Shown: in pieces, positions 1 to 15,399 of the stretch
Layout: every line of letters begins with the position of its first letter
How positions within the stretch are numbered: position 1 is the stretch's first letter
NCBI RefSeq assembly: GCF_009914755.1
Contig: NC_060932.1
Length of the DNA: 64,000 nucleotides
Direction: 5' to 3' (one strand)
Source of the DNA: the human T2T-CHM13v2.0 reference genome, Homo sapiens
Notes under the pieces: generated by a model
What the model saw: the letters and a program-made list of their open reading frames with translations, nothing else
Database searches by the model: none
What the model was told of the DNA's origin: nothing
Translations under genes and position numbers: made by a program

Positions 1-591
1 TCTAGGCACCGGGATTATATTGAACAACTGATGATGCCTCATGCCGCTGAAGACTTTGACCAGACAATTAAGGTGGTTTAAAAACACCCAAGAAATAGAT
101 ATTTCTTTACTATGCAGAAATGAGTTTCTTTAGGTTCAATGGACTGATTATGTTACTCAAAATAGATACTTCAGGTTTCTTGATTGTGTCCTGCAGTTGG
201 TGTGAAACATGAAGTCATGTAACACTGCAGCGTGGAGTGCCTATAAAATTAGGGGCTGGGCAATGTCAGTTTACCATACCTGTTTACTAACACATGGCAC
301 TTCACACAAGTCATCTCACTGTTCTGGGACTCGGCTCTCTGGTCTCTAAAGTGAGCAAACACCCATTCATGTCGTTCAGCTGGTTATTCCAGAGTAAAAG
401 ACAAAAATATTTTGTCATAGCAATTATTGCAGTTACTGTGGTATTTGAGGAGTTTTTTCAGAAGCCAGAAATTTCTTGGGCAAGGGGTATGAGAATCATT
501 GTTTTTCTATTATTAATTCTTTCCAACTCTCTGAAGATGAGTTAAAAAAAACATCTTGATTATCTGAAAGTCTGAATGAACTAATGTGGAA

Positions 592-1545
592 GTTTGGTAC
601 TCTGAGAAGCACACACAGAGGGTAGGATTAGCTGTGCAGGAGATTTATTAGAGGAAACACCCATGAAGAAAGAGGAAGTAGAAGGCAGGGAGAGGCTTCA
701 GACCTGCTGCAGGTCTTACACCTGTGAAAGGAGAGGAGGAGGAAAGAAAATTGAGTGGCAAAGAGTCTCAGATTGTAGTATGGCTCTAAATTCTAGAATT
801 TGGCATGATCAGAGGGAGTTCTTGAGCCTGTCTGAACATTTTCATGCCTTAAAACAGGGGTCCCTGACCCCTGGGCCATGGACCTGTACTGGTCCATGTC
901 CTGTTAGGAACAGGGCAGCACAGCAGGAGGTGAGTGGTGGCCCAGCCAGCAAAGCCTCATCTGTATTTACAGCTGCTCCCCATTGCTTGCATTACCTCCT
1001 GAGCTCCACCCTCTGTCATATCAGCAGTGGCATTAGATTCTCATGGGAGTGCGAACCCTATTGTGAACTGCGCACGTGAAGGATCTAGGTTGCACACTCC
1101 TTATGAGAATCTAATGCCTTATGATCTGTCCCTGTCTCCCCTCACTCCCAGATGGGATCATCTAGTTGCAGAAAAACAAGCTCAGGGCTCCCACTGATTC
1201 TACATTATGGTGAGTTGTATAATAATTTTATTATATATTACAATGTAGTAATAGTATTAGCAGAAATACAATGCACAATAAATGTAATGCAATTGAATAA
1301 TCTCAAAACCATCCCTTTGATCCCACAAGTCTGGAAAAATTGACTTCCATGAAACTGGTCCCTTGTGCCAAAAAGGCTGGGGACTGCTGCCTTAAGGAAT
1401 GGGCCCGGACCAGTCTCTTTGTGGTTTTTAGTCATTGGCTGGGGGCTGCCTACGGGAGGTGTGGCCGGGACATGAACACAGCAGATATCAGCAGCTGGGG
1501 CATTCATTCAGCTTCTCATGGCAAGAGATCTGAACAGTATATTTT
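592..1545 (-). mobile_element. Old ERVL-type LTR (LTR33/LTR16-like), split by MER1A
   Basis: ctgagaagc...gattagctgtgcaggagatttattagagg...acacctgtgaaaggagagg resembles the reverse complement of the LTR33-type 3' end. Similar sequence resumes after 1390 (agtcattggctgggggctgcc). Confidence 0.55.
855..1389 (+). mobile_element. MER1A (hAT-Charlie MITE), full length
   Basis: Begins CAGGGGTCCC and ends GGGGACTGCTG (TIRs), 535 bp. Internal gcattagattctcat...atgagaatctaatgc palindrome. 8-bp TSD ccttaaaa (847-854) / ccttaagg (1390-1397). Confidence 0.9.
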
Positions 1546-1943
1546 CATGGCCAGGCCCTAAATTTCCTGAAGTTTTCTGTTTGGAACACAGACTTATTGA
1601 GTTTGAGAAAAACCCAGAACATGTGTGATGATAGAGATTTTTTTCACTCCAAATCAGTGTTTCATTCCTTCCTTTGATTTTCACTTCCTCCTCTGTTTCA
1701 GCTAGGCCAACCATGTTGAAAACCCCACCCAGGTTTGTAGAGTTCCTCATTTCACAATTAAAAAAAAAATCTCTATGTGAATAAGCCACTTGTACTTCCT
1801 TTGTTTTACCTGCACAGGGAGTTATGATTACTTTCTTGAGTTTCACAGGTTTTCTCCCTCCACTCCCTGGTGGCAAGGTCTTTGTTTTAGGATGATGACA
1901 TGTAATAGAAAAACCATATGTTTTGTTCCATGAGCAGGCACAA

Positions 1944-2120
1944 ATAGTTGTGTGACCCTGGGCAAATTACACACCTCTAGGCCTAGGTTAACCCTTTTGT
2001 CTAATGAAGCTAATAATAGTATCTACCTCGCTGAGATGTTATAAATATTAGGAGAGATAATAAATATAAAGTTCTCAGCACAGTGCCTGGCACATTGTAG
2101 GTGTTTAATAAATGTTGGAT
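1944..2120 (+). mobile_element. MIR SINE
   Basis: tgtgtgaccctgggcaaattac core and 3' cagcacagtgcctggcacattgtaggtgtttaataaatgttgg. Confidence 0.8.
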
Positions 2121-3214
2121 GAATGAATAAGCTTGAATACTGGAGGCACATAGGTCTTTGTTCCTTTTCCTACCTTCTTCCCTACCTCTATGTGTTCCTA
2201 CCTCTATGCAGTCAGAGGATTTAGATGAGAACAGGTGGATGGATAAGAGACTAGAACCATAGCAACAAACAAGCCATTCTTGAGCATTTATTGTGCACAG
2301 CCACTGGGTTAAAACCTGCAGGACAAGAGGAGGGCACTGACTGGGGCACAGTCTCTGTCCTTGTAGAGGCTGCATTTCCCCATGGCATTAGGCATTCAAA
2401 GATATGATGACTGGGGACATGGGGTGGGGAACAGGGTGATTAAAGGCATGGTCACAGGCTAAGGTGGCAGCTTGGGAGATGGTGGAAAGTCTAATGTGAG
2501 GAAACAGAAGATGTAGCTGGAAAGTTGTCTTGGCATCGAACCCCTGAGAGTTCTAAAAGCCAAGCTGAGGAAACTGGACTTGATTCTGTAGATAGTAGTG
2601 AGTCAATACAGGCTCTCAAAGAGAGACTTGAAATGGTCCAGCTAGCGATGAGAAGGATTCACTGAGAAAGAATATCCTGAAATGGCATGCCTGAACAACC
2701 CCAAGGCAGGAAGTCCCCCTTGGTGGGTTGGGTCAAACACCGTTGTCAATAAATGACGGTTATAATATCTTTATTTTCATTTTCAATACAGGCAATCTCC
2801 AATAATAGACCATTGAGAGCTGGCATGTTGCTCTTCCCTGTGGGGAGAAACACTGGGAGTGGAAGTTTTAATCTCTGTTATAAATGAGCTTGCTTTAGTA
2901 GAGAGGAGAAGAATCACACTCACCTACTAAGTCACATTTGTTCAATCAGTGACATTTGCACCAAGCTCCTACCATGAGTCAGCCCCTATGCCAATGATCG
3001 GGGTGTAAAAGCGGGCACCTTGCCTGCCCTCAACGGGCTTTGCATGCTATTGGGATAGCAAAACAAGTAAGTGACTGCAGTAGGACAAGACTAAGGGCCA
3101 AAAGGAATAGGACAGAGACAGGGAGTGATATGGAAATTTGCTAGGAGAAAGAGAATAATAGAAGATAAAATAGTGGAGAAAGACTTCTCAGAGGGGACGA
3201 GACCTCAACTCCGT

Positions 3215-3508
3215 TTTAAATTTATTTATTTTTTATAAATAATAGTTGTACATATTTGGGGAGATGTGTGATATTTCGATACCCATATACAATGTGTAAT
3301 AATCAAATCATGGTAATCAGGATATCCATCACCTCAAAAGTTGATCTTTTCTTTGTCTTGGGAATGTTACAATTCTTCTCTTTTAGTCACATTTTGAAAT
3401 ATATAATAAATTAGTGTTAACTGTAAGTTTCCTTCTGTACTTTCAAATACTAGAACTTATTTCTTCTAGCTAACAGTATTTTTTTTACTCTTTAACCAAT
3501 TTCTCTTT
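3215..3508 (-). mobile_element. L1MA 3' end fragment
   Basis: T-rich tail followed by gttgtacatatttgggg...catatacaatgtgtaataatcaaatc...atatccatcacctcaaa, typical of the L1MA 3' UTR in reverse. Confidence 0.8.
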
Positions 3509-3534
3509 GGGGGGATTTGAGGTGTAACACAGAA

Positions 3535-3721
3535 GCTTAGAAATGTAGTATATAAAGAATGAGAGTTTACCCATTGGAGTCTGACTGGGTAGTGTAGACG
3601 CTGAATCCACTTTCTAGCTGTGCTCACTAGAGCATGTTATCCTCTGTGCCCCAGTCTCCTCACCATTAAAATGGAAACACTGGTGGGAACTCACATGTAG
3701 GGTTGTTAAGTAGACACAGCA
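3535..3721 (+). mobile_element. MIR SINE
   Basis: ccactttctagctgtg...ctctgtgccccagtctcctcaccattaaaatgg core. Confidence 0.7.
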
Positions 3722-4388
<667 letters not shown>

Positions 4389-4557
4389 TGATAGAGTAAC
4401 AGACTCCAAAGGTCAGCTCTCGTTATTTTCAACCTTACTTTTTAGACAGGAAAATGGAGCGTAGAGAATTCATACAAGACTCCAGAAAGAAATTTTTGCC
4501 ATGTGGGGTCTCATTAAGTATCTTCTATCAGCTATATATATATGTACAAGGGAAAGG

Positions 4558-4695
4558 CAAAGGATTCTGTAAAAGACTGATTTCTTTTGCTAGCATAAAT
4601 AATACATCTGAATTCTAAAGCAGCCTCATCTTCCATGCAAGGCTTTATTTAACAGAATATTTAATGTGATACGATTATGCTCTACAAGACCCAAA
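4558..4695 (+). repeat. Copy 1 of a 138-bp dispersed direct duplicate (copy 2 at 9009-9146)
   Basis: Ungapped hand alignment at offset 4451, 23 mismatches in 138 nt (about 83%). Weaker similarity extends upstream to about 4498. Confidence 0.9.
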
Positions 4696-4763
4696 TGAAG
4701 AGTTCTGCCCAGCTAAGGGGGAGGCACTACGGCAACACAGGGCACCAGCTCTGAGTCCCTTCC

Positions 4764-5531
<768 letters not shown>

Positions 5532-6719
5532 CTTCCTCAACTGAAATTTCTCCCCACTGATCAGCTCTCTTTATGTATGATTTCTAGAGCTCTAAAAATG
5601 GCAGCCACAGGAAAGCAGAATATTCCAAACAGCAGAGAAACGTAGCTGAAACGAAGGCACATACCTTCTTCAGCGAGTGGTAGTTATGTACCTGGGGTTT
5701 GGCCACAAATCCAAGACAGAAATGAAAGACATATGAGTAAAACAAACTCGTGTTTCTTTTTGTTTGTTTTGCTTGTTTAAAGGAGTTAAACAAAACAAAC
5801 AAAAACCACTTTGGAATTTTTTACTTTAAAATAACACTTACGTATTGAATGATATGTAACTTACTCTTTTCCCCCAGCTCAGCAAGCTCTGTGCCCTCCT
5901 CCTCACTTTCTGGGGAAGAATGCATGTTTCAGCTAAAAACAGGTGTCAATCACTGTGTGAAGAAAATGAACAGGCAGGATGTGCCTAGGAACAGTACTTA
6001 ATTTGAAGCTTCATTTTTCCCTTAGCCTGACGGAATGGGTATCTTATATTTGTGTGTTGCCTGGATGTTTGGAAGGCTTTTGGGTATAGTTAGCCCATTT
6101 GTTTCTCAGAGATTTTTTTATTTGCAAAAAAAGTGCTTGCATGCCATCTAAATTTACTACTTCTCCTTCTCCCACCTAGGGTAAACCAAAAGAGATGGTA
6201 CATTCAAGGAATCTAACAAACTTTCCCTTAGCTGATCTCCCTGACCCCCACTTCCTGTCCGTCTTTGTTCACAAAGCAGCCAGGGTCATTTTTCAGAGCC
6301 TCACTGTTGCCTCCTCTGCTTACCTTCCTTGGGGGGCCCTCAATGGCCATGGGATAAAGTCCCATCTTCTGAAACAGCATGTAAGTGTGTCTAGCATCTG
6401 AGGCTGTTCCTATATTTCCAGTTACATGTCTTCTCTCACTGTGGACTCTGAATTCAAGTCACTCTATGGTTTCCAAAAGTCACAGCGGGCTCACATCTCT
6501 GTGCCTTTGCCCATGCTTTCCCTTGGAATTGAGTGCTTTCCACCCAAGATCAGCCTAGCTTGGGTGAAGCCTAGATAGAACAAAGGATCCAAACTGAGGA
6601 AGTTCTCTAGCAACTAGGCCTCTCAAATCCCCCTCACTCCTTTCAAATAGCAGATGTGTCCATTATTTTGAAGAATGAGAAGTGCCAAGAGTGGGTGGAA
6701 GAACCCATCCCTGCATCCG

Positions 6720-7170
6720 CCTCAAATGTCCTGAGCATCCTGTCTGTCCTGGGTGTGGGAATGTAGCAATGAATTAGCCCTCAGTGAACTTGCAGCTAGC
6801 AGGGAAGATGAGAGCAGTCCATGAACTCCCAAAACACCAGGCAGGAACTAATAAGAATATGTACAAACAGAAGGCTCCATAGAAAGCTCAGAGGAGGGAG
6901 AAACTATATGAAGCTGGAATAATCAGAAAAGACATTTTGGAGCATTTGCCCTGTGACTTTAACCTTGAAAATAAGAAATATTTGAATATGCAGAGAGGGT
7001 GGGAGAGTTTTGATGCCAGAGTTCAGTCTGTGCAAAGGCAAGGAGGTGGAAGATAAGCTGGGCTTTCAGAGAACAGAGAGCCTCAGCTTGGCAAGAGCAA
7101 GTGGGAGCTGAAGAAAGAAAAGATAGACTAATGGGTCAGGGTCAGACAATGGAGGAACCAAAGGTGTTGG
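6720..7170 (-). mobile_element. L2 LINE relic
   Basis: Degenerate L2 3' region motifs (tgagcatcct..., gtgcaaaggcaaggagg). Confidence 0.55.
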
Positions 7171-7466
7171 CTGACAACTAACCTGCAGATTCCCTGCTCC
7201 CAGCCATCCACAGACTCAGAAAGCTTCTTTCCTGATTCAAATTGGATAAGAGGTTGCTTGGCAGTGGTAGGAACCCAGAGCTTGATCAGGATGCTGCTGG
7301 TATACCTTCAGGCCACCAGCAAGACAGCACCAATGTCTTAGAGTTGTATTAGAACCATTTTGTGTATTTTGACTTTCTACTGAGTTTATTAAAGGCATGT
7401 TCCCTGAAATGGGAGATAAGGGTCAACCGCTGATAAGAACTCATTGAATTGAAAAGAAAAAGTCAG

Positions 7467-7778
<312 letters not shown>

Positions 7779-7816
7779 AAAAGAAAAAGTCAGAGGAATA
7801 TAAAGTGATCAAGTGA

Positions 7817-7818
<2 letters not shown>

Positions 7819-7862
<44 letters not shown>
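7819..7862. repeat. (TG)n microsatellite
   Basis: About 20 GT units. Confidence 0.95.
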
Positions 7863-8104
7863 ACTCACCTTCTTGCAGAGAGGTCAAAGAGCTTTTCCAA
7901 CATCATTTCTTCTTTAGGGCTCAATGCTTTCTGTGGCTTGGTAAAGGAGGAAATATTTGAGCAGTACAAGATAAATCTGAATGAGAATGAAGGTAACCAA
8001 ATAATTACTTTTATATCGATGTTTTCCGTGCAAGACAGTATTTAGTTGCCTAGAGCTGGTCCTTGACTCCTGGGCTGATTGGACTCTGATTAGACTTCTA
8101 ACAC

Positions 8105-8630
8105 CTGGTATATCTAGTCAACAAACATCTTCTGGGCCCCAGCAAGGCATCAGGAACTGTGCTATGTCTTAAAATAAGGAGTTGAGTGGAGACACAAAGA
8201 AATAATGGAAATGACCCATCTTCTTGAGAACTGTGCATCTAATGGAGTGAATACATATGTCCAGACACTTTCAGTTCAATGTATTAAGGGACCAGATGAA
8301 AGTAGGCAGTGGATGCTGTGGGAGCCCAGAGGGGAAACACCTCATCCGGCCTGAGGTAAGGATGTTGGAAAGGGCCAGGGAGGGTTATCTAAAGGAGCTG
8401 ACACATCAGTACAATTAGCATCTTCCAGTGGTTGGTCCAGCTTTAAAATCACAGCACCTCAAAGCTGGCTATCCCTGAGGTCACCGCATCTGTCAAACTT
8501 AATAGTCATCACCTGTTTAATTATCTGATGTTCCTCTCAGCTTCAAAGAACAAAGATGGTTTCTGTTTTGCTTATTATGTGTCCCCATCACATAACAGTG
8601 TCCAACACCTAATAGGCACCTTAAAAATAT
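8105..8630. mobile_element. Two L2 relics in opposite orientation
   Basis: caacaaacatcttctgggcccc...ggatgctgtgggagcccagagg (minus), then ...ataacagtgtccaacacctaataggcaccttaaaaatat (plus 3' end). Confidence 0.55.
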
Positions 8631-9008
8631 GGGTTGTGTGTCAAGGGATAAATATTAGCACATGAATTTTCACCTTCTTTCCAAGTGTTAAGGGGAATCC
8701 TGTTGTAATATTTAATGACAGCCTACTGCATTCTTAACTCTGAGCCAAGTCTAGAAGGAAACAACAAAATCAAGAGAAACATAGTAGAATGTTTGGACAC
8801 AAGAAAACTTGGACATCAGCTGTTTCTATAACTCATTTCTACCATAAAAAACAAGTTCAGAAAAGTTGCCTTGTAACTACTAGCACAAGGTCATCCAGGT
8901 AATTAGTAGCAAGCAAGTCTGAAATCCAAGTATCCTGAATTTCAGTCCTCAGTTCCTTCCTTTGAGCCATGGGTATTGTATCAGTTACAGACATGTGCAG
9001 AGGAAGCA

Positions 9009-9146
9009 CAAAGGAGTCTGGAAAGGATGTACTTCTTTTGCTGGCATACAGAGTATGTCTGAATTCTAATGCAGCCTCATCTTGCAAGTAAGGCTTTGTT
9101 TAACAGAATATTTTATGTGATAGAATTATGTTCTACAAAACCCAAA
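9009..9146 (+). repeat. Copy 2 of the 138-bp dispersed direct duplicate
   Basis: See 4558-4695. Shared blocks tctgaattctaa, gcagcctcatctt, tttaacagaatattt, atgtgata. Confidence 0.9.
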
Positions 9147-9716
9147 ATTTCAAAGGATGTTTTCTTTGCGCATCTGTAATTGCTTCTGGCGGGTGCACCT
9201 TCTACTTTATAAAAAAGATTCCTTTCCCTCTTTCATCTGTCTCAGAGAGGCTCCAGAGGGAAATGTAGGAAACAAATGCTTGTTCAACCCGTAATGTTCC
9301 CTTGAAAAGTGAAGCTTGAAATCCTGTAGGGATCTCTGTGTTCTTTCAGAATTGATTTTGACACTGTAGAACTACATCCTAACTAGCTTTCATGCCAAAA
9401 TATATTGTGACTAGTGATTGGATAGCTTAAAAACTATTAAAAAATATACTTTTTCATATCAAGAGCGAAAGATAATGACTCATATCCCATAACTTGGGAA
9501 TTATTCTTAAAGAACATTTTCTATTTTTTTAATGGTCATAGATTCAAACCCAGTAAAGAACGTTTTCTAAAGTAGTGATAGAAATTGTAAGAATGAATTA
9601 CTTGGAGGGTGTGAAACACTGTCTTAATGGAAAACATTAAATGACAAGGAAAAATGCTTCAGGTAAAAACAAAATAAATTTTTTTTTGTTATATTATCAA
9701 TAATAAAAATTCATAA

Positions 9717-10056
<340 letters not shown>

Positions 10057-10104
10057 AAAAACAAAACAAGCAAGCAAACAAACAAACAAAAAATCATAAT
10101 GTTT

Positions 10105-10320
10105 TACACTGATTAAGTGCTTACCCTGTGTTGGGCACTGTTGTAAACTACAGGAAACAATGCATCTAACCTTTACAATAACCCCATAAGGAAGGTGCTT
10201 TAATATCCTCACATTCCAAAGTGAGGCACAGAAAACTAATATAACTTGTTCAGGATCATATTCTGGGAAATGTGGAGTTTACATTCAAGCATAGGTAGCC
10301 TAGCTCTAGAAACAATGCCT
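10105..10320 (-). mobile_element. MIR SINE
   Basis: ttaagtgcttaccctgtgttgggcactg...gtgaggcacagaaaactaatataacttgttcaggatcata. Confidence 0.75.
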
Positions 10321-13300
10321 TTTTTTTTTCATTTAAAAACTTAAATACCGAGGTATTTAAAAGTACACGAAGTATACATATCCTGTGGGCATGTCCCTTG
10401 ATCCCAAAATTTCACTTACATAAATTGACAGAGACACACACAAATATTTCTGTATAAAAATTTTCATCAAAGTATTTCCACCAATAATGGAAACTGGAGA
10501 CAATCCAAATGCTGAACAGTTAGAGCTCTATTAAGTGCTCAACTTTAAAATGAAAAAAATAACATAAAGTACAAGGAAAAAATAAAAATCAGTCACAATT
10601 TCTGTATTCAGAAATAACCACAAGGACATTGCTGTGTATATCTTTCCAGCTGTTTTCTATTTTTTGTTTCTGATACAAACTTGGGGTCATACTGTATATA
10701 TTGTTTTATGACCTGACTTTTCTATGTAGATAATGTTATAAATAGTTTTCAAGTCTTTAGTTATTCTTTTACCACTTATTTTAATGGCTTTATGGTATTC
10801 TATTACTTGTACATGTCATGATTTATTTAACAAACCTTTATCATTGAACCCATGCTCGTTTAGCCATTAGTTCATGGTGCCTCAATTGATGATAACCCAT
10901 CATTCACAGGAAGTAGCCCAGACTCTCTAACTTAGAGTTCGAGACCTTCCATGATCTGCCCTTACTATTCCAATTTAATCTCTCCGTGTTTTGTTTCCCT
11001 AACCATGAATTATAGCCAAATAAAAGCACTTGCTCCAACAGTGTAATTGGACATTTCTTACAGCACCCATGCAACTCTTCTTATTGCAAATGTTTACCTA
11101 CTGATCTAGCTATACTCTACTAGATTGAAAACTTGCAAGCAGAATATCTGCCTGAATCAATTTCCTAACCCAACATTGAAGAATCGTGTCTTGCACTTAA
11201 TATATGCTCAAAAATTATTTATGGAATAAATGAAGGCAATGTAATATTATTTTTGATAGTGCAAAATTGTAAATGATTCAAATATCTAACAATAGGGGGC
11301 AACTTAAATTAATGATAACACCTTCATTCTGAAAAATTTTGATCAATAATTATGAAAAATATAACAAATAAAAAAGTTTGTAAATAATGTTAGGTGAAAA
11401 GAAGCAGAACGTGTAATTAAATGTATACTAGAATTTTAGCTATTTTCAATATCTAAGTCTGGGGGCATCAAAAAACAGAAGGGAGCTTTGGAAGAGTGTG
11501 AGGGGAGTGATGTTTAGTTTGAGTAAACATAGTGGGTAAATATTTTTTCTTAATTTCTTGTAATATTCTTTTAAAAAGCTAGTGCATTAACAAACTACAT
11601 ATACCAATATATTTATGACTTTGAGATAATGTTACTGGAGAACGGGACATAAAGAGTAAGTTTTTTCTTAAGTAAGATGTTTCAAATGTTTTTTATATTA
11701 CTGGAAGTAGTATAATTATCAAAAACATCTAATGAAGTAAATACCAGCATAGCCCCCATTTTAGAACATTGAGGCACAGGTTATGAAATAGCTTGCTTAA
11801 GGCCACACAGCTAGGAAATGTCTGAGTTTGGACCTGAGGTCCAGTCTGTTGGACTCCTAAGCTCATGTGATTCACCATCATGGAGTAACACCAAATATAT
11901 TAAGATTGGCTAGGACCCAACAAGAAAAAAATCAGCTTATCAATAAAAACAAAATAAGAACCTACTTTCAAGAGACTTAAGGTTTTGTTTTTGAATCAGT
12001 ACCTACATGTATGAAATACTACTGGGAGGAAAAGTGTGATAATTTCTTCATAGCACCCTCCCTCTTCCACCTTTCATTGTCCAGTGAATTTCTGCTTATT
12101 CTGTAATACTCAAATGTTTCCTCCTAGAAAATAGTTATCCATATCCCCCTGGCTTATGCTGGTTCTTAGAGTTTCCTGTTAAAACTTCCACTATAATACT
12201 TAACATTATGCTATTGTGTTCCCTGGAGGTAAGCTTCTCTATGTTAGGGATCATCTTCAGTCTCTATGTTTTTGTGCCCACCTGGTGGCACAATGGCCAG
12301 CACGTATGCATTTACATTTCTTTTCAGTGAGTTCTTTTATTACCCCTTTACCACAAGCATTCTTTCGAAAAACCCCAAACCCCAAAATGTGGCATAGCAA
12401 TTTATCGGTGCTAAACAAATATGTAAATACGATGGCTATAATTACCTTACTGCTCCTCAGAAGCCTTTCTTTCTTAAACACAGACAAACACTCTGATTTG
12501 TCACATTTCTAGAACACTTAATTGTCACAATGTCCTTGTGCCACATTTGAACTCATGACAGCAGGGACAGGATGCTTCCTTCCTAAGATTTTCTTTACCA
12601 GGGTCTTTTCTGTCTCCTGAAATCACCATAAAGTGGAATACAGCATTTTGTTCAAATACCTTCTCCAGGTCAGATGTGCAAGTCCTGTTTCTCTGGTATA
12701 ATGATTCTCAATTTGTTTTCTTACAATTTCGAGAGTACAATCCCTTACCAAGGTCTCCGTCTCTCTCCCTTATCTTTTTCCTATCCCCTCTTCCTTGCTT
12801 CCTCTCCTGGATGATGTGGTCCTTCATTTGTCTTCTCTGTATCAATTTTCTCTGGTGTCTACCTTAGAGACTGCCTTCGGCTGCTTATTCATGCCTCAGT
12901 ATGGTCTTTAGCTGAGTCTCCAAAGCTCTAATATTAATATCCAGGATTTTCCAGGATATGGACAATTAAGTCTTTATGCCTTTATTTAAGATGTCCCAGG
13001 AAAGAAAATCTGGCCCATTTGGGGTCAGGTGTCTATCTCTGGTAACTAAGCTGATGCTTGCTTGGAGGGGGTCGCATGGGACATGGCACTTGATGACCTC
13101 AAAAAGCAGGCTGGAAGTGACCGCTAAATTGACAGAACACTTACAGCGCTTTTAAATTCTTACTTCCTGCTCCTCTAGTCCTATCTAATATTCTAAATGT
13201 TTCTCACATCCATTCCCATTTACCCCTCTCTTCCCACTGTCTTGGCCCTCATATATCCTTGCTTAGATTACTGTGATAGTCTCTGACTTGATTTCCTTGG

Positions 13301-13866
13301 TTCTGATCTCTCCCCCTAAGCTAATATACACTCCACACAACAGCCTTTGAAAAACATAAAGTGATAACATCATTTCCCTAATTCAGTATCCTCAATGACC
13401 TCTCAATGCTTACGAAATAAGGTTCAAACTCTGTGGGATGATGCTATATAAATTCTTTTAAAACTAGATCCTTTCCTACCTCCTTCATCCGTCTGCTCAC
13501 TATTTTTTCACTTGGTCTTACTTGTGTGAATGACTGCTATTCATGTGTGCACAATTTTCTCTTCCCTTCTCTTCTGGGAGCGTCTGCAGCTCTTTGTACC
13601 ACAGTACATAGAAGACTGGCCAAAACACAGTTGGGGCCCAAGGAATGGTGGCTGCATGCATGAAACATGAAGGACTATGGGGAGAATACAGGACTCATCG
13701 TTTGAGTCTTTACATGGTTGTTATTATTGTCCCATCTTAGCAAGTTTGCCTGAATTGTGCTCCCTGAATCCCCAGGGGTTCAAAAAAATTGTGAAAAACA
13801 TAATGAAAAAACTATGTTTAGGCTTTCTAGTAGTACAAAGCCTCAGCCAAAACATCAACTTTTTCT

Positions 13867-14092
13867 TTGCTTTTTTTTTTTTTTTTTTTTTTTTTGAGAT
13901 GGAGTCTCACTCTGTCACCCAGGCTGAAGTGCGGTGGTGCCATCTCCACTCACCACAATCTCCACCCCCCGGGTTCAAGTGATTCTCCTGCCTCAGCCTC
14001 CTAAGTAGGTGGGATTACAGGTGCCTGCCCCCATGCCCAGCTAATTTTTGTATTTTTAGTAGAGAAGGGGTTTCGCCATGTTGGCCAGGCTG
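13867..14092 (-). mobile_element. 5'-truncated Alu (AluS)
   Basis: Poly-T plus right monomer and part of left monomer, ending ttggccaggctgg. Probable TSD aactttttct / aagtttttct. Confidence 0.9.
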
Positions 14093-15154
14093 GAAGTTTT
14101 TCTAATTTTGATGGAATGAAATCAATTTAATGTAGCAACTCTACCTCATGCTAATTAGAAGCCCCAATTGACAGCTTCAATTAAAAAAAAAAACAAACAA
14201 ACTAGGAAAGAATGAAGTTGCTTAAAAATAGTATTTTCTTCTTTTTAGTGAGTACACAGTCTTTAACATTTCAAATCTGTTGGGATAAAAATAATTGGTA
14301 CAAAAAACTGGAAACTGCCCTAAAAAATCTGAGACTTAGTTTAGATATCTATAACATAGAGGATAATTGATGTCTTAGGTACTTTCCAGCTCAGACACTT
14401 ACGTCCTAGGAAGAGACTAAAATTGTCTTGGTTCTTATCTTTATCCTTTGTTGTACCACAAGGATAAAGTGTCCTATCTCTTTGTCAATTCCCAATTCCT
14501 AAATCAGTGATTCGTCTATATTAAAGGCTAAAGAAATATTTATTGGCTAAATAACTGACCAAGCTCTGTACGTGTTCTGAGAAAGGAGAAAAATAATTAT
14601 ACCTGAGAATATAGATGAACAATTTAGGGAATGATGATGAGTTAGACCACATGACATTTACAAAAGACAACGCTGGGGGCACTTGGAAACATACAGTTGG
14701 CAAATTAAATAACTGTATTGCTATGTGGGAATAAAGTTAGAAAGGAACTCAAGGAACCAAGTGTTCCCTTAGGAATGGCCATAGAGCAGACAGTGAGGAC
14801 AAATGGACAGTGATTTTTAGAAAGAAGAAAAAGAGACATAGACAATTATCTCACACTGAATTTAATTCTCCCACCTTGTTGGTCATAAGTCTCTTTCTTT
14901 AGTTCATGAATGAAGAAGCAAAAAGAACATGATCTATGATAACTGAGAATCTGACTCAAAAGATAGAATTTATAATCATGATGATGATGCTTATCAACAT
15001 TTTGTAAGCATCTACTATGGACACTTTGTGTAATGGAGTAGGACATAATGGAAGGTGAGAAAATGATAGACTAAGGGAAACTAAATGAGATTGTCAAGTA
15101 AAGGACCTTACCCCAGTACAAATCAATGAATATTAATCCCCTCCCTTTCCCTTT

Positions 15155-15375
15155 TAGGGTCTAACAGACCTATATTTGAATGCAAGTGCACCAATTACTG
15201 ACTATATGATCTGGACAAGTTGTTCAGCCTCTCTGAGCTTAGATTTATTACCTATAAAATGTGACAAGTAATACTTAGTTCACAATATTATTGTGAAGAT
15301 TAAGTGAAATATTATATACAGAAGTAATTTGTAAGCTGCAAAGCGCTATGCACATGGGATTCAAAATATTAGCTA
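15155..15375 (+). mobile_element. MIR SINE
   Basis: tatatgatctggacaagttgttcagcctctctgagcttagattt...tataaaatg core. Confidence 0.75.
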
Positions 15376-15399
15376 TTCATATTATTTAACAGTTAGATA

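Noticed and set aside
8857-9087. Shared minus-strand frame in the two duplicate copies (QDEAALEFRHTLYASKR vs MEDEAALEFRCIIYASKR, 34 aa in copy 1)
   Set aside because: Many differences are non-synonymous, only copy 1 has an ATG, and the stop positions differ, so there is no sign of coding constraint.
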